The notes under the pieces were generated by a model. The model was not told the origin of the DNA, searched no databases, and saw nothing but the letters and a program-made list of their open reading frames with translations. A DNA stretch of 64,000 nt from Flectonema sp. DT1601 (taxonomy: Eukaryota), in assembly GCA_964019425.1 (NCBI GenBank), contig OZ025785.1, positions 1,302,001 through 1,366,000 of the forward strand. Reading direction: 5' to 3'. Made by a program: the position numbers and the translations under genes. How positions within the stretch are numbered: the first letter of the stretch is position 1; each line of letters begins with the position of its first letter. Shown here piece after piece: positions 60,621-64,000 of this stretch.

Positions 60621-62984
60621 ATGAGATCCTCACTTTGGTGTCTGCTGTTGACGCTTCCGACGTTGGTGTCCAGTCAGCAGATTTGGAATTCGATCAACTG
60701 CCCGGTGACAGGAAACAGCTGTTCGTACACTAACGACAAGGCAGTGGATGAGGCGGTGACACTTTTCTTCCAAGCGGAGCAGCAATCTGGAGTGGCATCG
60801 ATCTCGTGCACAGTCGGTAATGCCGTTCCCTGCTACAGATCGTACCCGAACTCAGACACGGGGAGTGCAGGAGGATGCTTCTTCGTTATACCGGCTGGAG
60901 CTGAGATGAGCTGCGATGTGCAGGGAACCGTCAAAGTGATCGGAAGCCACGTGTCACCACTGAAGGGAGCGTTGTTGGACACCAACACGAAGACCATTTC
61001 GTGTGATAATGGAGACTGCAGCTACAAGAACTCGGGAGGTGCGGATCTCTGGGTGACCCAACGCTTGGCTGCCCGCGGCTATGGAATCAACGAATTCAGC
61101 TGCAAGTACGGAAGCATGGAAGTCTGCGCCTACGCCGTCAACGGTACTCAGGGAGGGTTCTCCTGCAATTTCATCCTTCCGGCGGGAGCGGACCTGAAGT
61201 GTGAGATCAAGAGCGGTTCATTTGACGGTACTTCTGCTGCGTTTCCATTCAAAAAGAATGTCTTGCAATTGGACTCGCAGACTGTTCCGATGAACTGCCC
61301 GAACGTCAGCTACCCGAAACCGAACATGTGCGACTGCGCGTACACGAACGACCGGGAAAATGATTTGGTGGTGTCGGTAGTGTCGTCGAGCACCAACGAG
61401 GACTACAACGCGTTCCACTGCTACTACGGAGGAGCGAATGTCTGCTCGTGGGGATCAAACCGCAACGACAAGGGAAACCGTGGAGGGTGCTACTTCGTGT
61501 TGGCTGCTGGGCAGGACTTCAGCTGCGCAATGCAGTGGGGAGCAGCTTCGTTCTCGGTGACGGTGGCGAAGCAGTTGGAAGGGTCTCTCTGGGGAGCTTC
61601 GTTGGAGACAGCAAGGAAGGCGAACCCAACGAGGCTGCCTCCCCGTGCTGCTCCTCTGGAGGAACCAGTTGACCAGTCGAAGAGTCTCAACCAGCACCAG
61701 GAACTCTTTGCGAAGTGGAAGGCGCACCACTCGAAGACCTACTCATCGAAGGCTGAGGAAGAGAAGCGGTTCAACAACTTTCGCAAGCACTTGAGTCTTT
61801 TTAATTCGAAGGAGGGACTTCCAAACAACCTCGCGGATTGGTCGAAGGCCGAGTTCGAGACGCACCTGAGAGACTGCGCGTTCCCAACTGGAGACCTGTC
61901 GCCACCACCTGCTGAGCGAATGATCACTGAGGAGGACATTCGCAGCATGCCGGAGTCAGTCGACTGGAGAACAAAGGGAGTAGTGACCCCAGTGAAGGAT
62001 CAGGGACAGTGCGGTTCTTGCTGGTCGTTCTCCACCACGGGAGTGACTGAGTGCGCGTGGGCAATCGCCGGAAACAAACTGCAGAGCCTGTCAGAGCAAA
62101 AGCTAGTGAGCTGCGACACAAAGTGCGATGGCTGCAATGGAGGATGGCCGTACCAGGCGATCCAGTGGACTGCTGAAAACGGAGCGGACACCGAGGCGTC
62201 GTACCCATACGTATCTGGCAACGGTAACGTGCCTGGGTGCCACGCAGGGAGTCCAGCGGATGTGAAGGTGACTGGATACTACAGCGTGAACAGAACAGAG
62301 GAGGCGATGGCCGCAACTGTCGCAAAGTACGGACCCATCTCAATTGCTCTCGACGCGATGACTCAGATCTGGTGGCCATACACGGGAGGTATCGTCAGCA
62401 ACTGTTGCAACAAGCAAGCTGACCACGCTGTTCTTATTGTCGGGTACGGTATCGACAAGGGTCAGAAGTACTGGTTGATTAAGAACTCGTGGAACGCAAA
62501 CTGGGGAGAGAATGGATACATCAGACTGGAGAGAGGAAGTGACCAGTGTGGTATTACCTCTGCTCCAGTCCAAGCGCTTGTCCAGGGAGGTGTCACTCCA
62601 CCACCAAGACCGCCACCTTCGACCGCATGCCCTCCGGAGACCACCACGACCGTTGTCGGAAACACTCACACATGCACCTGGACCAACAACACTAAGGGAG
62701 TGAAACTTCCACCTGGTACATCACAGCTCCATGAGTACTGTGACTACTTCTCAAAGGGAGGATACTTTGGGTACTCGTGGAGTGTTGCAAGTGCCAGTCA
62801 CTTCGACTATCCTTGTCCTCCACACTCCCGCTTCGGGACCGCCACCGGTAACGTCGGATTCTGCACCTTTCAAAACGGATCTGACCCAACTACTGGCGTC
62901 TATGTGCCGACTGGTGGAACTGTCGACTGCAGCAAGTTGGCCCAGGGAACTTTTTCCTACAGCTTCACTGCCGATAAGTTTTAG
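60621..62984 (+). CDS. Secreted papain-family (C1A, cathepsin L-like) cysteine protease with three N-terminal Cys-rich repeats and a C-terminal extension
   Basis: Signal peptide; I29-type prodomain (FAKWKAHHSKTYSS..EEEKRFNNF...NNLADWS..EF); mature domain with PESVDWR, QGQCGSCWSF, DHAVLIVGYG and YWLIKNSW; PPPRPPP linker and Cys-rich tail. Confidence 0.93.
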   Translation: MRSSLWCLLLTLPTLVSSQQIWNSINCPVTGNSCSYTNDKAVDEAVTLFFQAEQQSGVASISCTVGNAVPCYRSYPNSDTGSAGGCFFVIPAGAEMSCDVQGTVKVIGSHVSPLKGALLDTNTKTISCDNGDCSYKNSGGADLWVTQRLAARGYGINEFSCKYGSMEVCAYAVNGTQGGFSCNFILPAGADLKCEIKSGSFDGTSAAFPFKKNVLQLDSQTVPMNCPNVSYPKPNMCDCAYTNDRENDLVVSVVSSSTNEDYNAFHCYYGGANVCSWGSNRNDKGNRGGCYFVLAAGQDFSCAMQWGAASFSVTVAKQLEGSLWGASLETARKANPTRLPPRAAPLEEPVDQSKSLNQHQELFAKWKAHHSKTYSSKAEEEKRFNNFRKHLSLFNSKEGLPNNLADWSKAEFETHLRDCAFPTGDLSPPPAERMITEEDIRSMPESVDWRTKGVVTPVKDQGQCGSCWSFSTTGVTECAWAIAGNKLQSLSEQKLVSCDTKCDGCNGGWPYQAIQWTAENGADTEASYPYVSGNGNVPGCHAGSPADVKVTGYYSVNRTEEAMAATVAKYGPISIALDAMTQIWWPYTGGIVSNCCNKQADHAVLIVGYGIDKGQKYWLIKNSWNANWGENGYIRLERGSDQCGITSAPVQALVQGGVTPPPRPPPSTACPPETTTTVVGNTHTCTWTNNTKGVKLPPGTSQLHEYCDYFSKGGYFGYSWSVASASHFDYPCPPHSRFGTATGNVGFCTFQNGSDPTTGVYVPTGGTVDCSKLAQGTFSYSFTADKF

Positions 62985-64000
62985 TGCCTTTTATTTCAGG
63001 TGATTAATTCGCAGCGTCGAGTTTGACTCTTTACTCAGCAAAGTGGGTTAAGTAGTAAATATGTTTTCATGTAAGTAATTTATAGTTTTCAGTGAGGAGG
63101 TGGGGAGCCCGCCTTCTCACTGTTTGCTCTAATTTGTTTCTGTTTTGACGTTTTCCCTTTATTTATGTTTTTTTCTCTCTCTCTATTCTTTCTATTAGCA
63201 AGACAACTTTCCTGCGAAGAAAAGGGACCCGTTAGCAATGAGAAATCTTTCATACTTCAACAAAAGTAATGATTTCATTGTTGTGATCGTTATTCCGGCT
63301 TCGTTGCCAGATGTTCACGTGTGTATTTATTGTTCGTTGTTAGAACTTATGTGTTGCAGTTGGCAGCGTGCTGAGCATGTCAGCTAGTTTTGTGATGCGG
63401 GTGTTGTTTGTGTCTTCCTCTGCGGCGACAAACTCAGTCACTCCATCTCGAAAGAGATAAGTGATTTATACATACGCCACAGGGTGGGACAATCGATGTG
63501 TTTGTTTGTTTGTTTGCTTCCTCATTATGAGCTGAACCACATATATGGCAAAGTATGATTGCCTTATTCCCTTTTACACTCACAGTGTCTAAGTGATTCC
63601 TTGAGCTGGGATATATTCTTTATCCGATATACTCATCTGATTGGGGGCATCGTCTCCCAGCTGATGTGTATTTGCTCTGTTTGTTTCTGACTCTTTGAAG
63701 TCAACTCCCTCTCTTATCTCTCGTCTTTCTAAGCGGTAATGGAAGCTTTAATGGATTGATTTTGATAGCATTTGGTATATTATGGTGTTTGGAAATTCCC
63801 ATTTGCTGTAATTATAACACTGGCTATAACGTAATCCGCATGAGTTTTTTTTTTTTTAAAAAGAATGTAACATTTCATGATACTCTTGTCCTTGCCTTAC
63901 CCCGCTACTACACTTGTTTCTCTGATTCAGTTTTGACTGTGTCATTTTATTTATATAACTTATTACGTTATTTACTGTTAATTTGTTTTTTTAGGTACGA

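Overview
AT-rich eukaryotic (protist) chromosome segment with about 27 protein-coding genes, all on the + strand. Many are split by short (64-95 nt) GT-AG introns. Co-oriented gene clustering, cis-introns and the rRNA variants implied by the snoRNA guides point to a euglenozoan, probably a diplonemid (inference). Recognisable genes: RPL27, a 12-unit polyubiquitin, a cyclophilin, U2AF35/U2AF1, a TM9SF/EMP70 protein, an MFS transporter, a GT90 glycosyltransferase, two paralogous fucosyltransferase-like proteins, a receptor kinase with tyrosine-kinase motifs, a pseudokinase, an MBL hydrolase with an inserted UBA-like domain, a papain-family protease with extra Cys-rich repeats, and six paralogous two-TM Cys-loop genes interrupted by a TIR element. 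The main finding is in U2AF35 intron 1, which is 5036 nt long. It holds an 18-unit, 270-282 bp tandem array in which each unit carries two box C/D snoRNAs. snoRNA A has guides matching the SSU U16/snR87 site and the LSU snR75 site; snoRNA B matches the SSU GCGCRCUACACU region. That is about 35 sense-strand snoRNA genes inside one intron of a core splicing factor. Family assignments come from motif recognition only; no searches were run.
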